Virus record (IMG/VR): IMGVR_UViG_3300024517_000002
Length of the DNA stretch: 46,082 bases
Strand: one strand, 5' to 3'
Source: a virus
This document shows, one piece after another, positions 31,419 through 38,179 of the stretch (the stretch's first letter is position 1; each line of letters begins with the position of its first letter). Position numbers and translations under genes: made by a program. Under the pieces are notes generated by a model, which searched no databases, had not been told where the DNA came from, and saw only the letters and a program-made list of their open reading frames with translations.

Positions 31419-31458
31419 ATGCCAAGAGGGGGGCCTATCAGGTCCTTCGGAGTGAACA

Positions 31459-33519
31459 ATGGCAGCAGGTGACAAGGCAATTTACCGGGAGATAACGGCC
31501 GGGGGGACTCTCTCGGCCGTGGGTGGGCACATCCCCTGGGATACGACGGTAATTGAGGAAACCGGGTCCTTCTCCACGGATGAGTGGACGTGCGACGAGG
31601 CGGGGCACTATCTCGTATTCGGCTCCTACGTGGCCACGATTGCATCCGGGAACGTCCGGTCCGAGGTGCGCTCAGCCCTCACGCTTTCAGCCTTCGGGGT
31701 CGAGTTCCGGTCCCAATCGTGGGGCTCGAGGACCCTCAAAAACCAGCTGAACAAGGTCATCTGCAACTCCGCCGGCATCGTGACGATGCTCGTGGGGGAC
31801 ACGATGAAGCTCCACGCTCAGATGACGGGGAACTCCTCCCCCGCCAACCTGACGTTCGACGCGAACCGCTCCTACATGGGGGTGATCAAGCTGGACGATG
31901 ACGCGGACTACATCCGCCTGCGCTCCACCACGGACTCCCCCGTGGCTACGGAAACGCTCCAGGTGTACGACGAATGGAACGTGGACGACGAGGTAGATAC
32001 GGGGTCCTTCGGCTGGGTGGCCGGCGCCGGGGCGGAGTGGATCAGCTTCACGCAGCTCGGCTGGTATCTCGCCATCATCTCCCTCCACGCCCGCCACAAC
32101 GACCCCTCCGCGGCCGTGCCCCTGTCGTGCGTCGCGGTGCTGGAGCTCGACGAGAACGGGGACAGCGTGACCATCACGGAGATCGCGCGGGTCACCACGT
32201 TCCTCGACGGGCAGGACGGGTGCGATGACGGCTACCTGAACTTCAAGCTGCCGATCGAGAACGTCGATGTGGACGCCCGGGTGCGCGTTCGATTCGAGCT
32301 CTCCGGCACGGGGTACTCGGACGACTTCACCATCGTGGCCGAGGCGACGACCTTTACCGCGGTCTATCTCGAGCGGCAGGATATCGACATCGCCGTGGGG
32401 ACGATGACGGTGGACGACACGAGCGCGCCGAATCCGGCGGATCGGCAGGAGTTCGATACGTGGACCGTTGACGAGGACAGCCCCTCCGCGGACTCCTACA
32501 CGAGCCTGGGCAACCCGAACCGCGAGCTGCAGATCGACACGAACGCCTTCACGCTGGTTTTCTTCCAGGTGAACTGCTCCAGGCCCAGCACCGTGGCCGT
32601 GGGGCAGCCGTTCAATTACCGATACTTCGTCCGCAATACGCTCACGGGGCCCTTGTACGGGGACGGCCGGTGCTTCACCCGGAACAACAGCGCCTCCCAG
32701 GGGAACGAGGCCGGCGAGCACGGAATGGTGGTGATCGAGGCGGACGACACGGAGGATTACGGGCTCCACATCTTCCGCAACACGACCTCGACGGACACGA
32801 CGCTGCAGCTCGATCGGGATTTCACCTCGATCCAGTTCCTGGCCCTCGGGACCCTGTTCCCGAAGGTTGTCGAGGTGGCGGAGTCCGTGGAGTTCGAGGA
32901 GGGGATCTACACCTCCCAGGACAAGATTTTCCTCCCGGATACGGACACCGTGGAGTTTACGGAGGACCTCTTCTTCAAGCGGGGCCGGAAGGTGGAGATC
33001 GCCGAGACCCTGGAGTTCGCCGAGAGCCTGTTTATCTCGAGGGTCCTGCTGTTCCTGCCGGACGCAGAGACGATTGAGTTCAGCGAGACTCTCCACTTCT
33101 CAAGGGCCCGCCTGGTCATCCCTGCGCTGGAGGCCGTGGAGTTCGCCGAGAGCCTGGTCGTCCTGAGGGGGCGCAAGGTGATCGTAGATGAGGCCATCGA
33201 GTTCGACGAGGACGTCTACCTCGTCGTCGCGGTCACGGGAAATATGGTCTTCATTCAGGTGGCTACGGACACCCTGGAGTTCACCGAAAGCGGGGTGATT
33301 ACCGATATCAACCTGATCCGCGTGCTCCCCGTGGCGGGGTATATCGCGGCTGGCGGGGCCGAGGAGGGATATATCGCCTCCAGTGAGCACGCCGGATACA
33401 TCGCGGCGGGGGGCTGCGAAGAGGGATTCATCGCATCCAGTGCGCACGCCGGCTACATTGCCCCAGCGGGGGGCGACGAAGGACAGATCACCTCATCGCC
33501 CTACGAGGGGCGCTACTAG
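31459..33519 (+). CDS. Tail fibre or receptor-binding-like protein with internal repeats (686 aa)
   Basis: GGAG lies 8 nt upstream. There are five repeats of about 21 aa of the (T/A)(L/I/V)EF-x-E-x-L type. Three 19-aa tandem repeats of AGYIAAGGxEEGxIASSxH lie at the C-terminus. Confidence 0.6.
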   Translation: MAAGDKAIYREITAGGTLSAVGGHIPWDTTVIEETGSFSTDEWTCDEAGHYLVFGSYVATIASGNVRSEVRSALTLSAFGVEFRSQSWGSRTLKNQLNKVICNSAGIVTMLVGDTMKLHAQMTGNSSPANLTFDANRSYMGVIKLDDDADYIRLRSTTDSPVATETLQVYDEWNVDDEVDTGSFGWVAGAGAEWISFTQLGWYLAIISLHARHNDPSAAVPLSCVAVLELDENGDSVTITEIARVTTFLDGQDGCDDGYLNFKLPIENVDVDARVRVRFELSGTGYSDDFTIVAEATTFTAVYLERQDIDIAVGTMTVDDTSAPNPADRQEFDTWTVDEDSPSADSYTSLGNPNRELQIDTNAFTLVFFQVNCSRPSTVAVGQPFNYRYFVRNTLTGPLYGDGRCFTRNNSASQGNEAGEHGMVVIEADDTEDYGLHIFRNTTSTDTTLQLDRDFTSIQFLALGTLFPKVVEVAESVEFEEGIYTSQDKIFLPDTDTVEFTEDLFFKRGRKVEIAETLEFAESLFISRVLLFLPDAETIEFSETLHFSRARLVIPALEAVEFAESLVVLRGRKVIVDEAIEFDEDVYLVVAVTGNMVFIQVATDTLEFTESGVITDINLIRVLPVAGYIAAGGAEEGYIASSEHAGYIAAGGCEEGFIASSAHAGYIAPAGGDEGQITSSPYEGRY
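32941..33228 (+). repeat. About five degenerate 63-66-nt coding repeats (VEF-x-E-x-L...R units)
   Basis: Seen in the translation TVEFTEDLFFKR / TLEFAESLFISR / TIEFSETLHFSR / AVEFAESLVVLR / AIEFDEDVYLVV. Confidence 0.7.
33334..33504 (+). repeat. 57-nt tandem repeat x3 (19-aa units)
   Basis: AGYIAAGGAEEGYIASSEH / AGYIAAGGCEEGFIASSAH / AGYIAPAGGDEGQITSSPY. Confidence 0.85.
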
Positions 33520-33528
33520 GACCCAGCC

Positions 33529-33948
33529 ATGGCTCTGCGAGACATCGACCAGAAGAAGCTCATCGAGGGCACCGACAGCTGGAACGTCATGCGCTGGCGC
33601 CGGCAAAACGGCGATGACGTGCAGCGAGGGGACATCACCGGGTGGTCCCTCAAGGTCTGGAATATCGAGGATTCAGAGCTGGTCTACACGAAAGCGGTCA
33701 CCGGGAACGCCGATGTGGCTGGGGAGTGGCTCTGGTTTGACGGCCTGCAGGCCGGGGATGGCTACTGGGATGAGCTGTCGGACAAGGGCTACAACAACCG
33801 ACACTTCCTCACGGAGACCCTCGTCGGAGCCGGGGTGATGGTCGGCGGGTCGAAATACCAGATCGAGTACATCCTCGACTGCACCCTGGGGTCCCTTGGG
33901 AAGATGAAGAAGTTTTTCATCTGGGATATGGACTCGGGGCGAGCGTAA
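33529..33948 (+). CDS. Hypothetical protein (139 aa)
   Basis: Track ORF immediately after the fibre-like gene. Confidence 0.6.
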   Translation: MALRDIDQKKLIEGTDSWNVMRWRRQNGDDVQRGDITGWSLKVWNIEDSELVYTKAVTGNADVAGEWLWFDGLQAGDGYWDELSDKGYNNRHFLTETLVGAGVMVGGSKYQIEYILDCTLGSLGKMKKFFIWDMDSGRA

Positions 33949-34093
33949 AGTGGTCGCCCAGCCCACCAAGAGCCGATATCCGGTAAAGCAGGGGCCCCCG
34001 TCATCGCTAAATCCAAGGGGCCGACCGGAACGCTTAGTGAGCTGGACTCAGGAAAGCCTACCACATCGGGCTTTCTACGGAGGGTTTTCGGAC

Positions 34094-34099
34094 TAGGAT
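34094..34099 (+). promoter_or_regulatory. -10-like TAGGAT, 6 nt upstream of ATG 34106
   Basis: TANNNT-N6-ATG with no SD. Confidence 0.45.
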
Positions 34100-34105
34100 C
34101 CCGCC

Positions 34106-34585
34106 ATGGGTAAGATCAAGGCCGAGATGATGCGGAGCCTCGTGGAGGACTCGGGCGAGCTCCTCAACCCGAAGAACGGGAAGGAAAGCCCCGACAGCAC
34201 GCCGCTGGTTGGGTATATGCGCGAGCGGCTCAGCGCAACCGACGGCCACGGGCTGGCCAAGTTCTACGGGAAGAACACGCGCTCCGTCGTGGATCGGCTG
34301 ATCCAGGTGGCCCGCGGAGACCTCCTCGAGAAGCTCCTGTCCATGGACACCGATAAGATCGAGGCGAAGGATCTGCATATCGCCTTCGGCCACGCAACGC
34401 GGATGTGGCTTGAGGCTACGAAGCTCCTGCTTGCCTACACGGCTGGACGCCCGCGCGAGCACCGGGAAGTGGAGTCCGACGTGGAGCTCCCCGAAATCAT
34501 CGTCATCGGCCCCGATACGCCCGATGTAGTGATGCCGCTGCCGGAGAACGAAAAGGCTATTGCGGAAAACCTACCCCCCACGTAG
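34106..34585 (+). CDS. Hypothetical protein (159 aa; small terminase candidate by position only)
   Basis: Track ORF. Helical and charged. It is the only plausible TerS-sized gene upstream of TerL, but 4.6 kb separates them. Confidence 0.45.
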   Translation: MGKIKAEMMRSLVEDSGELLNPKNGKESPDSTPLVGYMRERLSATDGHGLAKFYGKNTRSVVDRLIQVARGDLLEKLLSMDTDKIEAKDLHIAFGHATRMWLEATKLLLAYTAGRPREHREVESDVELPEIIVIGPDTPDVVMPLPENEKAIAENLPPT

Positions 34586-34588
34586 GGT
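34560..34588 (+). promoter_or_regulatory. Promoter-like TTGCGG-N17-TAGGGT, 6 nt upstream of ATG 34595
   Basis: Read directly from the sequence. Confidence 0.45.
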
Positions 34589-34594
34589 TGGGTG

Positions 34595-34870
34595 ATGAAG
34601 CAAGAATCACTCAGCCTGTCCGGGAAAGGCTGGTCCGCTCACGCAACCGTCGGCCGCTCAGGCAAGCGCGGCGTCTTTCGCATCTCGGTACACGACTTCC
34701 ACCGAGAGGGTGTCTACGTTCATGACGTGGACCCCCTGGGCATAGTAGAGGGCATGAGGGGCAAGGGTACTGAGCCTGAGCCCGACGGGACGGAGCCGGC
34801 GGCGCCCGACTCCGACCTGGAATCAGATGAAGACGAGACTTCCGACGCCTCCAGGGACGCCTTCGAATAA
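34595..34870 (+). CDS. Hypothetical protein with an acidic tail (91 aa)
   Basis: Track ORF. ATG 34595 is preferred over GTG 34592. Confidence 0.5.
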   Translation: MKQESLSLSGKGWSAHATVGRSGKRGVFRISVHDFHREGVYVHDVDPLGIVEGMRGKGTEPEPDGTEPAAPDSDLESDEDETSDASRDAFE

Positions 34871-34893
34871 AGCTGAATCACGCTCTCAGCTTA

Positions 34894-34934
34894 GGAGGCC
34901 GCGGGTTTTAGGACGCCCGCGGCCTCCGTCTTTT
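34894..34934 (+). terminator. Intrinsic terminator
   Basis: 12-bp perfect stem ggaggccgcggg with cccgcggcctcc, then gtcTTTT. Confidence 0.8.
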
Positions 34935-34936
34935 GC

Positions 34937-35027
34937 GCACCCGTAGCTCAATGGCAAGAGCACCGCCTTTCTGGGGCTCCGAGCCGCAATTCGGGCGGCG
35001 ATGGCCTGTTCGAATCAGCCCGGGGCA
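34937..35027 (+). tRNA. tRNA-like element (degenerate or interrupted; possibly a pseudo-tRNA)
   Basis: The D-arm is canonical (GCTC-AATGGCAA-GAGC, 34946-34961). The T-arm has a GTTCGAATC loop (35008-35016). Only 4 of 7 acceptor base pairs form. The anticodon stem CCGCC/GGCGG encloses 26 nt instead of 7. Confidence 0.3.
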
Positions 35028-35045
35028 CCCTACTATGCGCAGCCC

Positions 35046-36314
35046 ATGGCTAAACTTCTCGCGCTCTTCCTCGCCACCGCCGCGGTGTTCGTAACCCTGC
35101 CCGTTCTTGTCAGGCCCTCACCCCCGCCCCCGGATATCGTCCTGATCATCGTGGATGACCTCTCGCGTTCGGACCTGGACCTGATCCACACGCCGAACCT
35201 CGACGCCCTCGCTGCGTCCGGGGTAACCTTCACGCGAGGCTACTCCATGCCGACATGCGCACCGACTCGGTGGTCCATGCTCTATGGCGAGTTCAACCCG
35301 AGGCACTTCCGGTCCGAATGTCGCGACAACCCGACGAACCCGTTCCCGCACCCCCTCGCCGCTCCGATTCTCGACCCAAGCCGCCCAAACCTCTCGAATG
35401 TCCTAACTGCCGCGGGTTACACCGCTGGGTTCTTCGGGAAGTGGCACACGGGGTCGGTCATGAGTGGGTGGCAGAATGCCCCGTTGGAGGTAGGTTTCAC
35501 CGCGTGGCGAGCCGGGGGCCCGCCGCTTCTTTCTGCGAGCGGTGGGGCTTGTAACAGCTTCGGATTTTACGACTGGCAACGGGTAGACGATGGAACGATC
35601 ACGCAGGAGACTGGATACGCCACTAAAGCTCAGGTGGACGCGGCCATTGATTGGGCTTCCGGCACTCCGGGCCCAAGGTTCGCGATTGTCTCGTTTCACA
35701 GTCCGCACATACCGCTACATCTACCTCCCGAGGAGGTGGGGCGAACCGATCGCGAGCAGTTTGAGGCCATGGTTAGAAATCTCGACGTGGAGGTGGGCCG
35801 CCTCCTTGGCGCGATCCCGGACGACGCTTGGGTCTTCTTCATCGCAGACAACGGGACCTTCTCCGGCAACGTCGCCCCCGGCGTTGACCCCGACAAGGCC
35901 AAGCGGACAACCTTCGAAGGAGGAATAAATGTCCCTGTACTCGTTCGAGGACCAGGTGTATTGGGTGGACGAGAGTGCGGCCGACTGGTTTGCACTACAG
36001 ACATTCTTGCAACGCTCGCTGAAATCGTCGGCGCTCCTCCTCCCTTATGGGCTGAAGACTCGCTCTCTTTCCTCCCGCTGGTTCACGGACCCACCGGCCC
36101 ACCCACCCGCACCATCGGATACGCAGGCCACGTTCGAGACGACGGAACCGAGCACGACGAGGCCGCCTTTACGGAGAGGTACAAGCTGCGCCGGGTCTTT
36201 GGCGTGGAAACGCTCTACGACCTGAAGGCCGACCCTCTCGAGGAGAACCCCCTGCCCGCCGGCGCGCTGCCCGGGACCTGGGCGAAGCTCTCCGCGTTCA
36301 TCGACGCCCAATAA
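35046..36314 (+). CDS. Formylglycine-type sulfatase (arylsulfatase family) with a signal peptide
   Basis: DIVLIIVDDLSRSDL...SMPTCAPTRWSMLYG contains the C-x-P-x-R signature. GKWH and HSPHIP motifs are also present. The N-terminal hydrophobic signal is MAKLLALFLATAAVFVTLPVLV. Confidence 0.85.
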   Translation: MAKLLALFLATAAVFVTLPVLVRPSPPPPDIVLIIVDDLSRSDLDLIHTPNLDALAASGVTFTRGYSMPTCAPTRWSMLYGEFNPRHFRSECRDNPTNPFPHPLAAPILDPSRPNLSNVLTAAGYTAGFFGKWHTGSVMSGWQNAPLEVGFTAWRAGGPPLLSASGGACNSFGFYDWQRVDDGTITQETGYATKAQVDAAIDWASGTPGPRFAIVSFHSPHIPLHLPPEEVGRTDREQFEAMVRNLDVEVGRLLGAIPDDAWVFFIADNGTFSGNVAPGVDPDKAKRTTFEGGINVPVLVRGPGVLGGRECGRLVCTTDILATLAEIVGAPPPLWAEDSLSFLPLVHGPTGPPTRTIGYAGHVRDDGTEHDEAAFTERYKLRRVFGVETLYDLKADPLEENPLPAGALPGTWAKLSAFIDAQ

Positions 36315-36348
36315 AAAAGCCCCGCAGCCGTGGGGGCGACTGCGGGGC
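36313..36348 (-). terminator. Intrinsic terminator for the reverse 3-gene operon (its hairpin also lies right after the sulfatase stop)
   Basis: 9-bp stem gccccgcag with ctgcggggc. The A6 run on the + strand gives a U run on the minus-strand transcript. Confidence 0.7.
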
Positions 36349-36359
36349 GATGAAGCGGC

Positions 36360-36572
36360 TTACCCTGGCGGGTCCTGGCGCCGCTCTGGCCAGCAGGATA
36401 CTAGCATGCAGGCGATGGAGAAGGACCCCAGCAGGGCCGGCACGCGGTGGCTCCATATGCTGATCCCGAAGATGAAGCGGGCGGCAAGGTCCATGATGAC
36501 GAAGTAGCCGACCGTGGCGGATAGGAGGATTGCCGCCGTGCGGAACCCCAAGTCGCAAATGAGTCTTCTCAT
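36360..36572 (-). CDS. Small two-TM membrane protein (70 aa)
   Basis: This is the C-terminal ATG-initiated part of track ORF 36360..37085 (MRRLICDLGFRTAAILLSATVGYFVIM...ALLGSFSIACMLVSCW). ATGA overlap with the upstream gene. Confidence 0.5.
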   Translation of the reverse strand: MRRLICDLGFRTAAILLSATVGYFVIMDLAARFIFGISIWSHRVPALLGSFSIACMLVSCWPERRQDPPG

Positions 36573-36775
36573 CGGTTGAACCCCCTGGCGAACTCCCACC
36601 GTTGGAGCGCCCCGAGGAGACGCTGCCGAAAGGCCGCGTCCGCTTCCTGTCGGGCCGCTAGGGATTCGAAGGCGCTCGCCATCGCCTCTTGAAACTGTGT
36701 CTCCTTGCCGCGGGCAGGCTGCAGGACATCGGCCAGCTCTAGCGGCTGCTTCTCGTTGCTTTTCCGCCGCCCCAC
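36569..36775 (-). CDS. Hypothetical soluble helical protein (68 aa)
   Basis: Track ORF. The GTG start abuts the upstream stop. Confidence 0.45.
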   Translation of the reverse strand: MGRRKSNEKQPLELADVLQPARGKETQFQEAMASAFESLAARQEADAAFRQRLLGALQRWEFARGFNR

Positions 36776-37069
36776 CTAGTAGCGGACATTCTGGGTAGCG
36801 GCCAGCGGGCGGTCTAGCTTGGCCTGGAGCAGGTCGGCGTCCAGCTTGCGCGTGAGCGTGCGGTGCTCCTCCTCGCGGTCTTCCGTGTCGTCGATCCTGT
36901 CGAGCGCCTTGGAGACCATAGCCTTGGCCTGCGCCGCCTGAGTGTTTGCCCAGAGGATAAACCCTGCCGTGATGACCGACCCCGAGACGGCCAGAATAGA
37001 AGCGACGGGCACGGCGAAACTGGAGTTCCCCGCGGCGTCGGTGATGTGAATAAATGTCTCTGCGAGCAT
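36776..37069 (-). CDS. Membrane-anchored coiled-coil protein (97 aa)
   Basis: Track ORF. GAGAAGGGAAAGC lies upstream of the ATG. The TM segment is FAVPVASILAVSGSVITAGFILW, followed by a charged helix. Confidence 0.55.
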   Translation of the reverse strand: MLAETFIHITDAAGNSSFAVPVASILAVSGSVITAGFILWANTQAAQAKAMVSKALDRIDDTEDREEEHRTLTRKLDADLLQAKLDRPLAATQNVRY

Positions 37070-37210
37070 TGCTTTCCCTTCTCAAGCGGGCAGCCGGATT
37101 GCCGCCCTGCTTTTTCTCTATCGGAACCCGAGGCCCCGGAACTTGAACCCTTTACCGGTCAGGTAAGGAAAACTGCGCACAAACCTCTTCCTGGGGGAGG
37201 CTTTTCCACC

Positions 37211-37216
37211 TACCCT
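37211..37216 (+). promoter_or_regulatory. -10-like TACCCT, 6 nt upstream of ATG 37223
   Basis: TANNNT-N6-ATG. Confidence 0.4.
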
Positions 37217-37222
37217 GAAAGG

Positions 37223-37630
37223 ATGGCTAAGCGCAAGAAGAAGGTCTCCCGCAAGAAGAAGGTCTCCCGCAAGAAGAAGGCCAAGCGGGCCGCCCCCCTG
37301 GCTTTCTCCGTGCCCGCGGCTGAAATCGAAGCAAGCACCTATGAGCGCCGCCGATGCCCGCGCTGCGATGGAGCCATGCCCGCCCGCCAAGGCTGGCGCC
37401 CCGTGCCCGATGCCGGGAACTGGCGCCGCCGCGTCCGCCGCTGCGAAACCAAGCGGTGTGGCTTCGCCGAGGTCTTCATCGAGCTCCCGCAGGGGGACCT
37501 CGAGGAGTACGTACGCGTACATGAGATCGTGGCTAGTTTCCGCCAGGTGGTCACGTCAATGCAAATGACAGGCACCCCCGCCCCGAACCTGTCGCGCCCC
37601 CTGCGTAAGCTCCTCGGGCTGGCCAGCTGA
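37223..37630 (+). CDS. Basic Zn-ribbon protein with an N-terminal RKKKVS repeat (135 aa)
   Basis: An internal ATG of track ORF 36863..37630. Reads MAKRKKKVSRKKKVSRKKKAKR...CPRCDG...CETKRC. Confidence 0.55.
   Translation: MAKRKKKVSRKKKVSRKKKAKRAAPLAFSVPAAEIEASTYERRRCPRCDGAMPARQGWRPVPDAGNWRRRVRRCETKRCGFAEVFIELPQGDLEEYVRVHEIVASFRQVVTSMQMTGTPAPNLSRPLRKLLGLAS
37232..37280 (+). repeat. 18-bp tandem repeat x2.7 (cgcaagaagaaggtctcc)
   Basis: Read directly from the sequence. Encodes RKKKVS units. Confidence 0.9.
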
Positions 37631-37848
37631 TGGACCGCCGCCGATTTATGACAGGGATGCTCGCCGCGGCCGGGGTCGCGGTCGCGCCGCGGGCGGAGGG
37701 TTGCGAGCGCCTCTATTCGGATCAATGGGATGAGCTCTGGTTCTTCGGTGGGGACGAGGAGGACAAGGGCCGCACCTTCGAGGACCTACCCATCGTCCAG
37801 CGCATCGAGCCCATCCGCTTTATCCACTCCTACCCTTGTGGCCAGTAA
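37630..37848 (+). CDS. Small exported protein with a twin-arginine (Tat) signal peptide (72 aa)
   Basis: Reads MDRRRFMTGMLAAAGVAVAPRAEG. The ATG overlaps the upstream TGA. Confidence 0.55.
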   Translation: MDRRRFMTGMLAAAGVAVAPRAEGCERLYSDQWDELWFFGGDEEDKGRTFEDLPIVQRIEPIRFIHSYPCGQ

Positions 37849-38059
37849 GCCCCCCTGCGCCAAGTGTGGCCATCAGAGGGGCGCCCCGCCCTTTCTGAAG
37901 CTCCCGGCCTCCCCGTCCTTGCTCGCCTATTTCTTCGCCCGCTATACTGCCGGCCCTGGATTCACGCCCTTTGAACTAGAGAGAGGCCTCTCCGTCCGCG
38001 GACTCAGGACCTCGGTGGATATCCGTAGCGCGCCACGCGAAACCCTCCGACGGAAGTAG
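37838..38059 (+). CDS. Possible small CxxC protein (73 aa)
   Basis: GTG start within track ORF 37730..38059. GC3 is moderate. Contains PPCAKCGH. Confidence 0.3.
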   Translation: MASKPPCAKCGHQRGAPPFLKLPASPSLLAYFFARYTAGPGFTPFELERGLSVRGLRTSVDIRSAPRETLRRK

Positions 38060-38179
38060 GGTTTTCCCCCTTGCGCTCCTCGCCGAGAGGGCGGACCATA
38101 GAGTTCGTCCCGGGGGCTTTGGGAGGTGGATCACCTCAGGGACACATCCCTAGTCCGATCCGCCCTGAAAGGGAGGCCC

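Noticed and set aside
31687-33096. A 469-aa reverse-strand ORF inside the fibre-like gene.
   Set aside because: The same reasoning applies. It is the antisense frame of a repeat-containing + gene, its translation is dominated by R/G/P/V/E, and it has no plausible start context.
34937-35027. The tRNA-like element as an attP site of a temperate phage.
   Set aside because: I found no tyrosine or serine recombinase, excisionase or CI-like repressor anywhere in the genome. The element resembles a whole (degenerate) tRNA, not the 3' tRNA segment typical of attP cores. It is kept only as a tRNA-like element.
36360-37085. A single 241-aa reverse ORF spanning the whole 36360-37085 region.
   Set aside because: Only its last 70 codons (two TM helices, ATGA-coupled) look real. 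The upstream part is R/G/P/A-rich. It overlaps two better ORFs in other frames (36569..36775 and 36776..37069) that have a good ribosome-site motif and abutting stop/start signals.
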